DNA of 64,000 bases from Felis catus (Eukaryota): contig NC_058368.1 in the NCBI RefSeq assembly GCF_018350175.1, forward strand, positions 7,502,001-7,566,000, read 5' to 3'. Position numbers and translations under genes: made by a program. Under the pieces are notes generated by a model, which did not search any database, was not told where the DNA came from, and saw nothing but the letters and a program-made list of their open reading frames with translations. Positions 12,886-25,366 of this stretch are shown one piece after another (position 1 is the stretch's first letter; every line of letters begins with the position of its first letter).

Positions 12886-13097
12886 GGGGCGCCTGGGTGG
12901 CTCAGTCGGTTGAGCCTCTGACTTCGGCTCAGGTCACGATCTCACGGCTTGTGAGTTCGAGCCCCGCGTCGGGCTCTACTCTGACAGCTCAGAGCCTGGA
13001 GCCTGCTTCGGAGTCTGTGTCTCCCTCTGTCTCTGCCCCTCCCCCACTTGCACTCTATCCCTCTCTCAAAAATAAATAAACATTTAAAAAAATTCTT
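12886..13097 (+). mobile_element. CAN-SINE
   Basis: Full length; degenerate TSD AAAC(T/C)TGTCTT. Confidence 0.92.
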
Positions 13098-13282
13098 TAA
13101 AACCTGTCTTAATAAAAAAAGAAAACATCAGCCAACAAAGTCAAAATATGAAATTATTCCATATAAAATTAATGTTATAGAATAGTAGTCTGACAAAAAC
13201 ATATACAAAATACATTTAGGATTTTTTAAAGTGGGAACTGACAGCATAACTTCAATTGAAAATGAAGGGAACAATAAGAAAA

Positions 13283-13720
13283 GGGGTGCTTGGACAGCTC
13301 AATCGGTTAAGCATCTGACTCTCGGTCATACATCTGACTCAGGTCATGATCTCACAGTTGTGAGATTGAGCCCTACATTGGGCCCCGCACTGAGTGTGGA
13401 GTCTGCTTAAGATTCTCTCTCTCCCCCTCTCTCTCTGCCCTTCCCCTATTCATGCACATATGTTCTCTCTCTCTCTCAAAAAAAAAAAAAAGAGGGGCGC
13501 CTGGGTGGCTCAGTCGGTTGGGCTGCCGACTTGGGCTCAGATCATGATCTCACGGTCCGTGAGCTTGAGCCCCGCTTTGGGCTCTGTGCTGACAGCTCGG
13601 AGCCTGGAGCCTGTTTCAGATTCTGCGTCTCCCTCTCTGTCTCTGACCCTCCCCCGCTCATGCTCTGTCTCTCTCTGTCTAAAAAATAAATAAACGTTTA
13701 AAAAAAAATTAAAAAAAAAG
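13283..13720 (+). mobile_element. Two tandem CAN-SINEs (13283-13492 older; 13494-13720 younger, in its tail)
   Basis: Two SINE heads, CT tracts and A tails. Confidence 0.9.
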
Positions 13721-13739
13721 AAATCTTAAAAATAAAAAA

Positions 13740-14270
13740 TACAACCTTTGAAATAAAATATGCAATAGACAGGATAAACTCTAGACCCAGCAGAGTCAAA
13801 GATAAAATCAGTGAACTGAAAAACACAGTAGTGAGAAATTAACTCAGAACGCAGTAAGTACAGAGAAGCCACTGTACTTAACATTAAGGAGAACTAACAT
13901 TAACATTAAGGAGAACTAAAGAGGCTTAGAGGTAAGATGGAGAGGTTCAAAGAAATGTCTCACAGGAGTTCCAAAATTTAAAAAAAATAAAGGGTATGAC
14001 AAAGAAGAAATGTTTTAAAAAACGACGCAGATAATTTTCCAGAATTGAGGAAATGTGTTCTCATGCATGTTGAACACCAGGCAGGAAAAATAAAACAATA
14101 AATTCCATATAGAGATACACTACAGTGAAACAAGCACATTAAGGATGAAGAGACAACCCTAAAAGCCATGATAGCAAAAAAGATACATTATCTACCAAAG
14201 AATTTCAACAGACCTCTTATCGGAATAGTACACACTGGAAGGCAACAAGGTAATACCTTTGAAAGCGCTG
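13740..14270 (+). mobile_element. Old L1 ORF1-like fragment
   Basis: A-rich; CAGGAGTTCCA...AATTTTCCAGAATTGA motifs. Confidence 0.5.
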
Positions 14271-14947
14271 AGAGCAATGGCTGTGTAGGTTCTCTTAGTA
14301 TCTGTGGAGGAGGAAATCAACACACTGCAAGGCTAAGTAAATCTCTCAAGATCCTACCAGTAGGATCCCGACCCAACCCAGATTCTTCCATCCAGATTTT
14401 TCGCTGCACGTAGAGGAATACAGGGGAAAGTTTCCTAAGAAAAGAAACAATTCACCGAGCGACAGCTAGGCTACATATTTAACAACGGGAAAACAGCCAC
14501 AACAAAACACTAAACAGCAACGACGATTGAGAAATTGTATGTACATCCATCAACGGGAATAAAATGTACCATCAACCAGGAACCTGTGCCTAGGCCTCTG
14601 AACCCTTCAACGAAAGAACTAAAGGACAGATAAGAAGCATTAAAGGTGAGGTTAAACACTTTTCTTCGGAAACATTTCCTCCCGGAAAGTTTGCCTGTCA
14701 CGTGTTTTTCAACAACTTTGAGATGTAAAAAAGAGAAAGAAATACTACAGTCTATCGTTGGGGCTAAGAACGTTTCAGGCATCTGGAAGTTCACGGGCAC
14801 TAACAATCTGATCACACCTGCAGAGGTAACATGAACAAATGAAGCTCAGAGTAAATTCAAAATCCAGATGATCCTACTCATAACTGATCTTTTCTCAGCC
14901 TTTTGGCCAGAGTCACTTGTAGATCACACTCAATCAATCACTCGCTT

Positions 14948-15134
14948 GGGGCGCCTGGGTGGCTCAGTCGGTTGGGCATCTGACTTTGGCTCAGGTCGTG
15001 ATCTCACGGTGCGTGGGTTCGAGCCCCGCGTCGGGCTCTGTGCTGACAGCTCAGAGCCTGGAGTCTGCGGCTGATTCTGTGTCTCCTTCTGTCTCTGCCC
15101 CTCCCCGGCTTGTGCTCTGTCTCTCAAAAATAAA
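14948..15134 (+). mobile_element. CAN-SINE (short tail)
   Basis: Head with A/B boxes and CT body. Confidence 0.9.
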
Positions 15135-15689
15135 TTTTATTGACCACCACCTAACTGGTCACCTTATCTCCCTAATGTCCCAGGGCTAAAATGCCACACC
15201 CTTCTCCTGGCAACACGCCCCAAATAATGTCTGTCTTCTCAGCTATACTGAAAAGTCTGTCACGGCAGGGGCTGTCTTACTCATCTTCGGGGCTCTGATG
15301 CTTATGCCTGGCTACAATGGAGTTCAAAGAGTGTTTGCTAAATAAACCAAACTCAGTTAAATGGTTACAATGTAATACTACAGAATGCTAGTAGGTGGCG
15401 CCATGTTTTCTTTTTGAGCTGAAGGTAAAAAGATCTCTGGATATTTGGGAAAAGAAACGCGAGAGCACAGGAATATTTAGACTACAAAAGCAACCTTGCT
15501 AACTGGTACACTCACACAGGTACCTGGGAAAAGATACACCTGTACAGGTACATGACCCAAAGAGCCCCTAGGAGATCTAACTGTTAATAAAAAGTCCCTT
15601 TCTGGGAAATCCCTTTCTGCAAGCTTTTAGCACCTAGACTACAATTTATGCTATTGTGCGGGATCAGTAACTGTTTCCACGGTTAATTT

Positions 15690-15915
15690 ATTTTTTTTTT
15701 AATTTTTTCTTTAACATTTTATTTATTTTTGAGAGACAGACACAAAGCAGGAGCAGGGGAGGGGCAGAGAGAAAGGGAGACACAGCATCCGAAGCAGGCT
15801 CCAGGCTCTGAGCTGTCAGCACAGAGCCTGACGCGGGGCTCAAACCCACGAACCAGGAGATCATGACCTGAGGCTGAAGTCAGACGCTCAACCGACTGAG
15901 CCACCCAGGCGCCCC
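15690..15915 (-). mobile_element. CAN-SINE
   Basis: Full length; degenerate TSD TCCA(C/T)GGTT. Confidence 0.92.
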
Positions 15916-16562
15916 TCCATGGTTCATTTTAGGAAAGTGAACTTGCCCTTTATAAAAAGTTGTGTCTAAATTGCCACCTACGGAAATTACAAGAAAACGA
16001 TGCAGAGACCTAAAGTAATCGGAGTATGAAAATTCTTTATGCTTTAAGAAAAACTCATATAATTTTCTTAGCTAAGGAACCTAAGTAGGAGTGATTTAGA
16101 AGTATTTGCAGATATATGAAAGTTTTAAAGTTTGGCTTTTGGTGCCAAGAAGATACCTATCTACACTGATATGTAAACTGTCTATATTTCCTGGAAAAGC
16201 TAAAGCCTGGATAATTAATGAATTACTCAACTCATATATACCCAGGGATTAAGTGTTATGTGAACCAGTTTTTAAATTCCTTCCGGAAACAGAATTCTAA
16301 ATGTTTAAAAAATTGTTGGTGGGCTTAGTAGCCAGGGAACAATTCAATTTAACAAACATTTATTCAATGCCCCCACAGACCAGGCGCAGGATTAGTTATT
16401 AAGCAACCTCTGTTAAGATATAATTGGTTTTATTTTGCAGCTGTAAAAACACTGTGCAGCTTTGGAAAATTAAGGAAAATAAGACTACCCATAATACAAC
16501 CAAGCAATGACAACTGCTATTAGCATTGTGGTGAACTTCAGTCTAAATTTTTTCCCTCGAGT

Positions 16563-16768
16563 TTTTAATTTTTTTAATGTGTATTTATTTATTGTGAGAG
16601 AGAGGGCTGGCAGGGGAGAGTCAGAGAGAGGGAAAGAGAGAATCCCAAGCAGGCTCCACTCTGTCAGCATGGAGCCCAAAGGGAGCTTGAACTCACCAAG
16701 GGGGAGATCATGACCTGAGCCCAAATCAAGAGTTGGATGCTTAACCAACTGAGCCACCCAGGTGCCCC
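16563..16768 (-). mobile_element. CAN-SINE (older subfamily)
   Basis: AATCCCAAGCAGGCTCC...AATCAAGAGT...CAGGTGCCCC. Confidence 0.88.
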
Positions 16769-16918
16769 TGCCCTAGAGTTTTCTAAAGCCTGTATTTTTA
16801 AACTTCATCACATACAGCTTTTTTTTTTCACCCAGCATTTTAGCAAAATTATTTCTCATGTTGCTAAAAACGTTTTCTGAACAAAATTTTAATCTCACGT
16901 AAGATTATACAGATTCTG

Positions 16919-17139
16919 GGGGCACCTGGCTGGTTCAGTTGGTTGAGCGTCCGACTTCAGCTCAGGTCACGATCTCGCAGTTGACCGAGTTCAAGCCCCG
17001 CGTCGGGCTCTGTGCTGACAGCTCAGAGCCTGGAGCCTGCTTCAGATTCTGTGTCTCCCTCTCTCTCTGCCTCTCCCCCGCTCATGCTCTGTCTCTCTCT
17101 GTCTCAAAAATAAAGATAAACATTAAAAAAAAATTTTTT
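16919..17139 (+). mobile_element. CAN-SINE
   Basis: TSD TAAGATTATACAGATT. Confidence 0.92.
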
Positions 17140-17281
17140 AAGATTATACAGATTTTTAAGGCTTTGCTACCTGTTGTCAAATTGATGTACAAAAAGGTTG
17201 CATCGATTCGTACACCCACCAACAAAATATTAAAATGCTTACCTCTACACGTCTTCATTACTGGATATTAAGATTCCTTTA

Positions 17282-17509
17282 GGGGCGCCTGGGTGGCGCA
17301 GTCGGCTAAGCGTCCGACTTCAGCCAGGTCACGATCTCACGGTCCGGGAGTTCGAGCCCCGCGTCGGGCTCTGGGCTGATGGCTCAGAGCCTGGAGCCTG
17401 TTTCTGATTCTGTGTCTCCCTCTCTCTCTGTCCCTCCCCCGTTCATGCTCTGTCTCTCTCTGTCCCAAAAATAAATAAACGTTGGAAAAAAAAAATTAAA
17501 AAAAAAAAA
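17282..17509 (+). mobile_element. CAN-SINE (young)
   Basis: TSD AAGATTCCTTTA, long polyA, CpGs largely intact. Confidence 0.94.
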
Positions 17510-17933
17510 AAGATTCCTTTAAATGCTGGCCAAAATAATGTGTGAAGCTTATTATCTTGAGTTTTCCCCATTTTCTATCTTATAAGAGAGTTAACATTTT
17601 TCATATGCATAATGACAGCCTATGTTACTCTCTTTATAAATTTCCTGTTCAATTTTTAAACAATGTTTTCTGTTGACATGAAAGTTTAATATGAAAAAGG
17701 AATTCGTCCATATTGATTTGTTAGAACTCTTGGTATTTAAGGGCATTGATTCATTTGTCTCGTGGTTTTTAGTTTTTCAATGTATAGAAGCTTTTGATTT
17801 TTACATAGTCAATTCTTTTCTTTATGGCTTCTATTTGCGGTATGCTTAGGAAAGAATTACCCATTTTCATATTATATTTATCTATATTTTCTTCTAGTTT
17901 AATATTACTTCTTTTAAGATCTTTAATACATCT

Positions 17934-18155
17934 GGGGCGGCTGGGTGGCTCAGTAGGTTGAGTGTCCGACTTCGACTCAGGTCATGATCTCGCAGCTTGT
18001 GAGTTCGAGCTCCGAGTCGGGCTCTGTGCTGACAGCTCGGAGCCTGGAGCCTGCTTTGGATTCTGTGTCTCGCTCTCTCTCTCTCTCTGTCCCTCTCCCA
18101 CACTTGTACTCTGTCTCTCTCGCTCTCTCTCTCTCAAAAATAAACATTTTAAAAA
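17934..18155 (+). mobile_element. CAN-SINE
   Basis: TSD AAGATCTTTAATACAT. Confidence 0.92.
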
Positions 18156-18209
18156 AGATCTTTAATACATATGAAATTTATTTGGCACAACGAATGAGTG
18201 GGTATCTAT

Positions 18210-18670
18210 TTTTATTTTTTTTTTAATATTTTTTATTTATTTTTGAGACAGGGAGAGACAGAGCATGAACGGGGGAGGGGCAGAGAGAGAGGGAGACACA
18301 GAATCGGAAACAGGCTCCAGGTTCTGAGCTGTCAGCACAGAGCCTGACGTGGGGCTCGAACTCATGGACTATGAGATCATGACCTGAGCCGAAGTCGGAC
18401 GCTTAACCGACTGAGCCACCCAGGCACCTCTATTTTTATTTTTTATATACATTAAAAATTGTTTTAATATTTATTTATATTTTTGAGAGAGAGAGAGAGA
18501 GAGAGCGCACAAGCGGGGAGGGGCAGAGAGAGACGGTATAGAATCTGAAGCAGGCTCTAGGCTCTGAGCTATCAGCACAGAGCCCGATGTGAAGCTTGTG
18601 TTCACAAGTTATGAAATCATGACTTGAGCCAAAGCCTGAGACTTAATCGACAGAACCACACAGGTGCCCC
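18210..18670 (-). mobile_element. Two tandem CAN-SINEs (18210-18430, 18432-18670)
   Basis: Two reverse-strand SINE bodies. Confidence 0.9.
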
Positions 18671-19580
18671 TATCTTTATTGTTTTAACAAATACTTACCT
18701 GCTTAACACAACACCATTTATTAAATGGTCATCCTTCCACAAAAATAAAAGTGAAGCACCTTCATCTTATAGTAAGTTCGAATATATACTTTGATCTATA
18801 TCTGAATATCTCTTTTATTCCACTTATCTGTTCATTTATTTTGACCCCAGAATCCATACTGTTTGATTACAAATACATGTTTTAACTTCTACTAGGGCAA
18901 ATTTCTCCTGATAGCATTCTTTTCTCCCCCCCCAAAAAAAAAAAACTTTAAAAATATTCTCCTACATTTATTCATCTAGATAAATGTTAGAAACATTCAG
19001 TCATATTTTTAAAAAAGCATCCCATTGGAATCTTTAATTAGGGATCATTATTAGATGTACATGTTAACTTAGAAAAAACTGGCAGCTTTACAATATGGAG
19101 TCTTCTCATCCAGAACATTTTTCAAATCTTCAAGTCCTTTGACATCTAAGAGTTTGGCAGTTTCCTTCTTGTGGGTCCTGCGTGTATCTGGTAAAATGTA
19201 TCCCTAGACTTTTTTGTAATCATATATTGGATCCTTTTTTTCCCATTACATTTCTAATCATTTATTGTCGGTAATCACACTTTGGGCATAAGTCTCTTCT
19301 CCTGTATTTTCAAATTGTGCCTTTAGAATAGCCCCCAGGAAACTGGATAATTTGGTATAAGACTATGGATACATGGAGAAACTCTTGTCAAACTGCTGTA
19401 AAATTTTCACACCACAAGTAAAATATTTTAAGGTACCTGTTTTACACCACCCTGAACTATTCGGTGTTATCTTTGTAAATCAATAATTAATTGGAGGTAA
19501 ATGGTATATCCTTTAATTTACATTTTTTTACTACATGTGAAGATGAACATTTCCCCATAACTTTCATCTATTTTGCAGTC

Positions 19581-19796
19581 TTTTTTTTTTAATGTTTATT
19601 TATTTTTGAGACAGAGAGGGAGAGACAGAACACAAGTGAGGAGGGGCAGAGAGAGAGGGAGACACAGAATCCCAAGCAGGCTCCAGGATCTGGGCTGTCA
19701 GCACAGAGCCTGACGCGGGGCTCGAACTCACGAACCTCAAGATCATGACCTGAGCTGAAGTCAGACGCTTAACCGACTGAGCCACCCAAGCGCCCC
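19581..19796 (-). mobile_element. CAN-SINE
   Basis: TSD TTTGCAGTCTT. Confidence 0.92.
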
Positions 19797-20599
19797 TAGT
19801 TTGCAGTCTTGTGCATAAAAGACATTACCATGGATACGGATTATGTTTACAAACAAAAATGCCATTGCTTGAGATAAACAGAGTTCATCTAGCCTAGTAA
19901 GGAACTAAATGGAGGAGTGTCTGGGCGCAGAAATAATTGGGGTACTGGTGGCATTTGGTGGGTGGGTGCCAGGGACGCCCAATTCATGGGATGGTCCTGC
20001 ATAATAATGAATATCATACCAACCATTGTTATGAGTGAAAAACTTACCTATAATTTTCTGTGTTTACAACCTATTTCTGTTTTACACACACATTTTTGCA
20101 TCATTTTGATATACGGGGACATTTCGAGGCATGCAACTAGAATGTAAGTCAAGACAAAAACTGTGCTTTGATTTGTTTGAATACTAACAGTTGTTCAACC
20201 ATTGGACAGTTATGTCACTAATGACAACATATTTACGTTACTGACCTTGCCAGTACAACCTTGCCAGTATTGTAATAAGATATAAGCAGGTTATATTCTC
20301 TGTATGTTTAATTGCAAGATAGTAAAGGAAGCGTTGCAAAACACTGGCACAAAACGTGGGTCTTGACAGTGAAAATATTAACACCCTAGGACCAAAACGT
20401 ATGCCAGGAAATCTAAGATTTGGTCAGTATTAGAAAACACTTTAATGGAATTCATAGTACTAGCAGATCTAAGGAGAAAATCATATGATCATCTTGATAA
20501 ATGTTGAAAAGTCTGATAAAATTCAGTACTCATCCCTAAAAATTCTTGAGAAATGAGAAGTGGGGTAATGCTTCCTTAACATAATATAGCCTATCACTT

Positions 20600-21076
20600 C
20601 ATTTTCTGTATTTGGATGCTTTGACACCTGGGGACTTGCTGATCCAAGAAAAGTGACCCCTCCCAGGATCAGCTCATTCCTAGAGAGAGTAAACAACTCA
20701 CCTATAAGATCACCTCCTTTACTGGGCTCTCAGATTCTGGACCACGATCTCCCTACCCTAGTTACCCCAGAGCCAAGTAAGAGACAACTAAGGATAGGCT
20801 TTAGGCCCAAGAGCCTGCTGAAATTATTCAAGCCAGCCATCCTAAACCTGCTTACTTGGCCTCACCCTTCCTTTCCACGGAAACCACAATAAAGGCTCCT
20901 GACCACATACATTTTCCCCTACCTCTCCCCCTTCCTCTTGGCTGACCCTGGGGCTTCCTCATGTGGTCCCCCAAGGTGCGGCACGTCCCTTCTTTGAGGG
21001 ATCTGAGTATAACAAGTTATCTTTTTTTTGTTTACTTTTGTTTACTTTTGAGAGAGAAAGAGAGTGCTAGTAGAGG

Positions 21077-21123
<47 letters not shown>

Positions 21124-21333
21124 ATCTGAATCAGGCTCCAGGTTCTGAGCTGTCAGCACAGAGCCTGATGTGGGGCTTGAACTCACAAATGGTGAGATCA
21201 TGACCTGAGCCGAAGTCATACACTTAACCAACTGGGCCACTCAGGCACCCCAACAAGTTATCTTTCCAACGAAAGGCATCTCTTGATCTGTTGGCCTTGC
21301 CATACTTAAATAATAAAACCCATGTTTTAAAAC
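20600..21333 (+). mobile_element. MER74-like ERVL solo LTR
   Basis: CCCCTCCCAGG...TTCCTAGAGA...GCTGAAATTATTCAA...GGAAACCACAATAAAGGCTC...GATCTGTTGGCCT...TTTTAAAACA matches recalled MER74 consensus. Confidence 0.75.
21022..21251 (-). mobile_element. CAN-SINE with (GA)n expansion, inside the LTR
   Basis: TSD AACAAGTTATCTTT. Confidence 0.9.
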
Positions 21334-22575
21334 ACATGGCAAAATATATAAAATCCAGCCCTAAAGTCAGCTTCTTTTTTAATGGAGAAATGCAAGAGCT
21401 ATTGCCATGAAAGTCAAAAACAAGGCAAGACACCCATGATCTGCACAACCATTTAACATTCTTCTTGGCGTTCTGGTCAGTGCAATTTGACTAAAGAAAA
21501 CAGGCATAAGGAAAAACCATTTCTGAAAATAAAACAACCTCTAATTGCAGATGACAGACTAGCATATCTAGAACATGCCAGAAAACCAACGATAAAGCAA
21601 TTCAGACAATAAAACCTTCATACGCTAGCAGGCTATAAAATCAACATGTGAAAATCAATAGCACCAACATCTATTTTTTGGTCTGACAGGCAAAGAGCCG
21701 GGAACTCATCACTCCCAACCTCACAAGAGGGCTGGAGGGGCGGGGTATAGCTAAAGAAACTGAAAATCAACGGTGATTTCAGATCCATCCAAGGACTGAG
21801 ATCAGACATGCTGACACTCTGAAACCTGGAGAGACAGGTAGGCAGATATAGAAAATCAGAGTGAGAGGGAGTACAGGCTGCACCGGGGCGTGGCAGGGGC
21901 ACTTGAGGGTAGATGACTAATTTCTAGAGGCTAGCCTGAGAGAGAAGAAAAACCCGCAAGCCCCGTCTTCGAGCACCCCACGCTTTGCTGAGTTTTACCT
22001 CCAGGAGTCCCACGAGATCCTCAGGGGGAAGGGGGAAGGTAACCACTTTGAAATAAGCCCAGAGCACTCCGCTCTCCTTGACGATGGCCTGCCCTCAAGA
22101 GAAAATATTTTGCCAGAGCATACCCCCCCCCCCCCCCCGGGTCTCACCAGAGCCTAACAGACCCGTGGGGAGGGAAATACCCACTCCGGGACCCTGCAGT
22201 ATTCCTTACCTAACAGGTGTGGGAGGGTGGGGCAGGTGGCTGAGGTGGCCCAGGGCTCACTTAAAGACTGAAATGTAATGACAGGACTATATACTGTTTC
22301 TCCCCCTCCCATGCCTTACCGCCACACCAGTGGGACTCCTGGAGATTACAGGAAAGAACTGCAAACTTCAGGCCCCATTTAAGACTGAGTGTCTCGGGGA
22401 AACCCAAAGACAGCCAGGGGTTCAAAACCAAGGATATCAAAAGAAAATTTCAGCCTTGGAAACCCCAGCCCTGGCAAAGAGCAAATACAACCTCACTTCT
22501 GGCCAGATTAACGTGAAAACTCGCTCTTAAAGCCTATTTACCTCAGTTTCTTTGACCCAATACATCATGTCTGGC

Positions 22576-22803
22576 TTTTTTTTTTTTTTAATTAATTTTT
22601 TTTACATTTTTGAGAGAGAGAGACAGAGACAGAGCATGAGCGGGAGAGGGGGAGAGGAAGAGCGGGAGACACAGAATCCAAAGCAGGCTCCAGGCTCTGA
22701 GCTGTCGGCACAGAGCCTGATGCGGGGCTCGAACCCACAAACCAAGAGATCGTGACCCGAGCCGAAGTCAGACGGTTAGCCGACTGAACCAACCAGGCAC
22801 CCC
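22576..22803 (-). mobile_element. CAN-SINE
   Basis: TSD CATCATGTCTGGCTTT. Confidence 0.92.
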
Positions 22804-23458
22804 ATCATGTCTGGCTTTCAATGAAAAATGACAAAGCCTACCAAAAGGCAAAAAGTAGTCTGAAAAGAGGAAGCAAGCATCAGAACCAGACTTGGATAGA
22901 GCTGAGACTTTTGGCATTATCACACCAGGAATTTAAAATAACCACGATTAATACCTAAGGGTTTTAATGGGGAAAGTAGGCAATATTCAAGAACAGATGG
23001 GTAGTATGAGCAGAGAGGTGGAAATTTTGAGAAAGAATGGGAAGGAAATGTGAGATCAAATCCACAAAACATAAATGAAGAATACACCGGACGAGCTCCT
23101 GAGCAGACTGCATGTGGCCAAGGAAAGATTCGGTGAACTTGAAGATGGAAAAGCAAAGAATGCAGAAGATCTCTCTCAAGCCATATGGAGCGATTTCCAG
23201 GAAATGTAAAGTGAAAAAGAAAAAAGGCAGAAGAAGACATAGATAGTATGCTGTCTTTTGTGTAAGAAAGAAGGGGCAATGAGAAAAAATACACGACCTG
23301 CTTCTCATTACAAGAAGAAACACAGGACCAGCAGAACCACCACTATTAAGCGGAAGGGGAGAATGGAGTAGAAGGGATACAGGAGAGAATAACGATTCTC
23401 TGAATATGATATTTGGCATAGTTTTGACTTTTGAGAGCATATTAATGTCCTACATCTT

Positions 23459-23670
23459 TTCTTTTTAATTTTGTAATGTTTCTCTATTTTAGAGAGAGGC
23501 AAAGCACCATCGGGGGAGAGGCAGAGAGAGAGGGGGACACAGAGTGTGAAGCAGGTTCCAGGCTCCGAGCGGTCAGCACAGAGCCCTACGCGGGGCTCGA
23601 ACCCCCGAACTGTGAGATCGTGACCTGAGCCGAAGTCGAACACTTAACTGACTGAGCCACCCAGGTGCCC
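23459..23670 (-). mobile_element. CAN-SINE
   Basis: TSD TAATGTCCTACATCTT. Confidence 0.92.
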
Positions 23671-23778
23671 GTAATGTCCTACATCTTCAAAATAAAATTG
23701 AATCCATGTATTCCATTTGAATCCATTTGAATGTATTATTCAAAAATAAAATGAAGTCAATAAGAATGCCTCTTTTCA

Positions 23779-24007
23779 GGGGCGCCTGGGTGGCGCAGTC
23801 GGTTAAGCGTCCGACTTCAGCCAGGTCATGATCTCGCGGTCCGTGAGTTCGAGCCCCACGTCGGGCTCTGGGCTGATGGCTCGGAGCCTGGAGCCTGCGT
23901 CCGATTCTGTGTCTCCCTCTCTCTCTGCCCCTCCCCCATTCATGCTCTGTCTCTCTCTGTCCCAAAAATAAATAAACGTTGAAAAAAAAATTAAAAAAAA
24001 AAAAAAA
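23779..24007 (+). mobile_element. CAN-SINE (young)
   Basis: Perfect 17-bp TSD AAGAATGCCTCTTTTCA (23762-23778, 24008-24024), long polyA. Confidence 0.95.
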
Positions 24008-24958
24008 AAGAATGCCTCTTTTCAGAAAAACAGAAGGCTAAATGGTGAAGTCAAACAAAATGAACTTTATTGTTTGTCAAATGAGTATCATGACAACCTC
24101 AGTGGGGGACTAGATCAAGTAACTATCTATCCTTAGTTTGGGACAGGGTGAGTGTAGGGGGCAGGGAGGAAGGTAAAAATTTGGCAACAAATCCTGAACT
24201 CTTTTCAGCAGGTGTATTTGTGGCAGTAATAAAGGCGAACCAATTCTAAAACTACTTTAGATATATTATAGGATGAAGCCAATGAAGACAACTGTTGATG
24301 TCATTGGGAGCCAGTTCTCGCTGGAGAAGTTCCCACAATATGGAATGTGGGGAGCTGAGAAATCACTCTGTATGGGTCAGAGATCCTGGCGTAAATTCCT
24401 TTTTTCTAAAAACTGCATGTGTATGTGTCCATGCGTGTAGACATGTGCTGTGTGGGTGCACTCTCACATAACCACAGGCCTGTCATCAACTGATACTTTT
24501 TATTGGTGTAATACTTGAGCCTACTGCTAATATTCTTGTTTTCTACTTTTTATCAGTTGAACGGATCATGTCCTTTAGAGCACGTCCCTTCTCTGATACA
24601 AAGTCCAGTTGAGGGTCAGGTACGGCGCGTCTCTTTAGCCTCCTTTAACCTGAAACATCTCCGCGACCTTTATTTGTCTTTTACGACATTGACAGTTTCG
24701 AACAATACAGTCTGTCCCCTTCTCCCATTCATTTTGTGTTTGTCTGCCGTTTCTAGAGCCCTTCTCGGGGTGTAACACCTGGAGGCATAGGACGTGAAGC
24801 TGTCAGTTATTGGAATTATTAATTTTGGCCACCTGATCAAGTTGTTGCCGAATTTATTCACTACAGCCAATAAGCGGTCCATGAGGAGACAATTTAAAAT
24901 AATGCACAATCCGGCTCCTTGTCAAAATTTCCCTCTGGGTTTGGCATCTGATGATGAT

Positions 24959-25366
24959 TTTTTTTTTAATTTTTTTTTCAACGTTTATTTATTTTGGGGA
25001 CAGAGAGAGACAGAGCATGAACGGGGGAGGGGCAGAGAGAGAGGGAGACACAGAATCGGAAGCAGGCTCCAGGCTCTGAGCCATCAGCCCAGAGCCTGAC
25101 ACGGGGCTCGAACTCCCGGACCGCGAGATCGTGACCTGGCTGAAGTCGGACGCTTAACCGACTGCGCCACCCAGGCGCCCCTTAAGTTTATTTATTTATT
25201 TTAAGAGAGAGAGGGAGGCAGTGAGAGAGTGAGAGAGAATCCCAAGCAGGCTTTACACTGTCAGCACAGAGCCCAACGCGTGGCTTGAACTCACAAACCG
25301 TGAGATCACGACCTGAGCTGAAATCAAGAGTTGAATGCTCAACTGACTGAGCCACCCAGGCGCCCC
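24959..25366 (-). mobile_element. Young CAN-SINE (24959-25181) abutting an older CAN-SINE (25182-25366)
   Basis: Two reverse-strand SINE heads. Confidence 0.9.

Larger units (their letters stand above)
20390..21665 (+). mobile_element. Old L1 ORF2 fragment, interrupted by a MER74-like LTR
   Basis: AAAATCATATGATCATCT...; ATTGCAGATGAC; CTATAAAATCAACA...AAAATCAATAGC motifs on both sides of the LTR. Confidence 0.65.
21680..24430 (+). mobile_element. Old L1 (L1M/L1MC-type) 5' UTR, ORF1 and 3' UTR fragments with three SINE insertions
   Basis: GAGTTTTACCTCCAGGAG...CACTTTGAAATAAGCCCAGAGC; GCAAGCATCAGAACCAGAC; TTTGGCATAGTTTTGACTTTTG motifs. Confidence 0.55.

Noticed and set aside
13878..13919. 22-bp tandem duplication (TTAACATTAAGGAGAACTAA); also a 12-bp duplication near 7030
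   Set aside because: Ordinary slippage duplications inside decayed repeats; only two units, no CRISPR-like repeat-spacer structure
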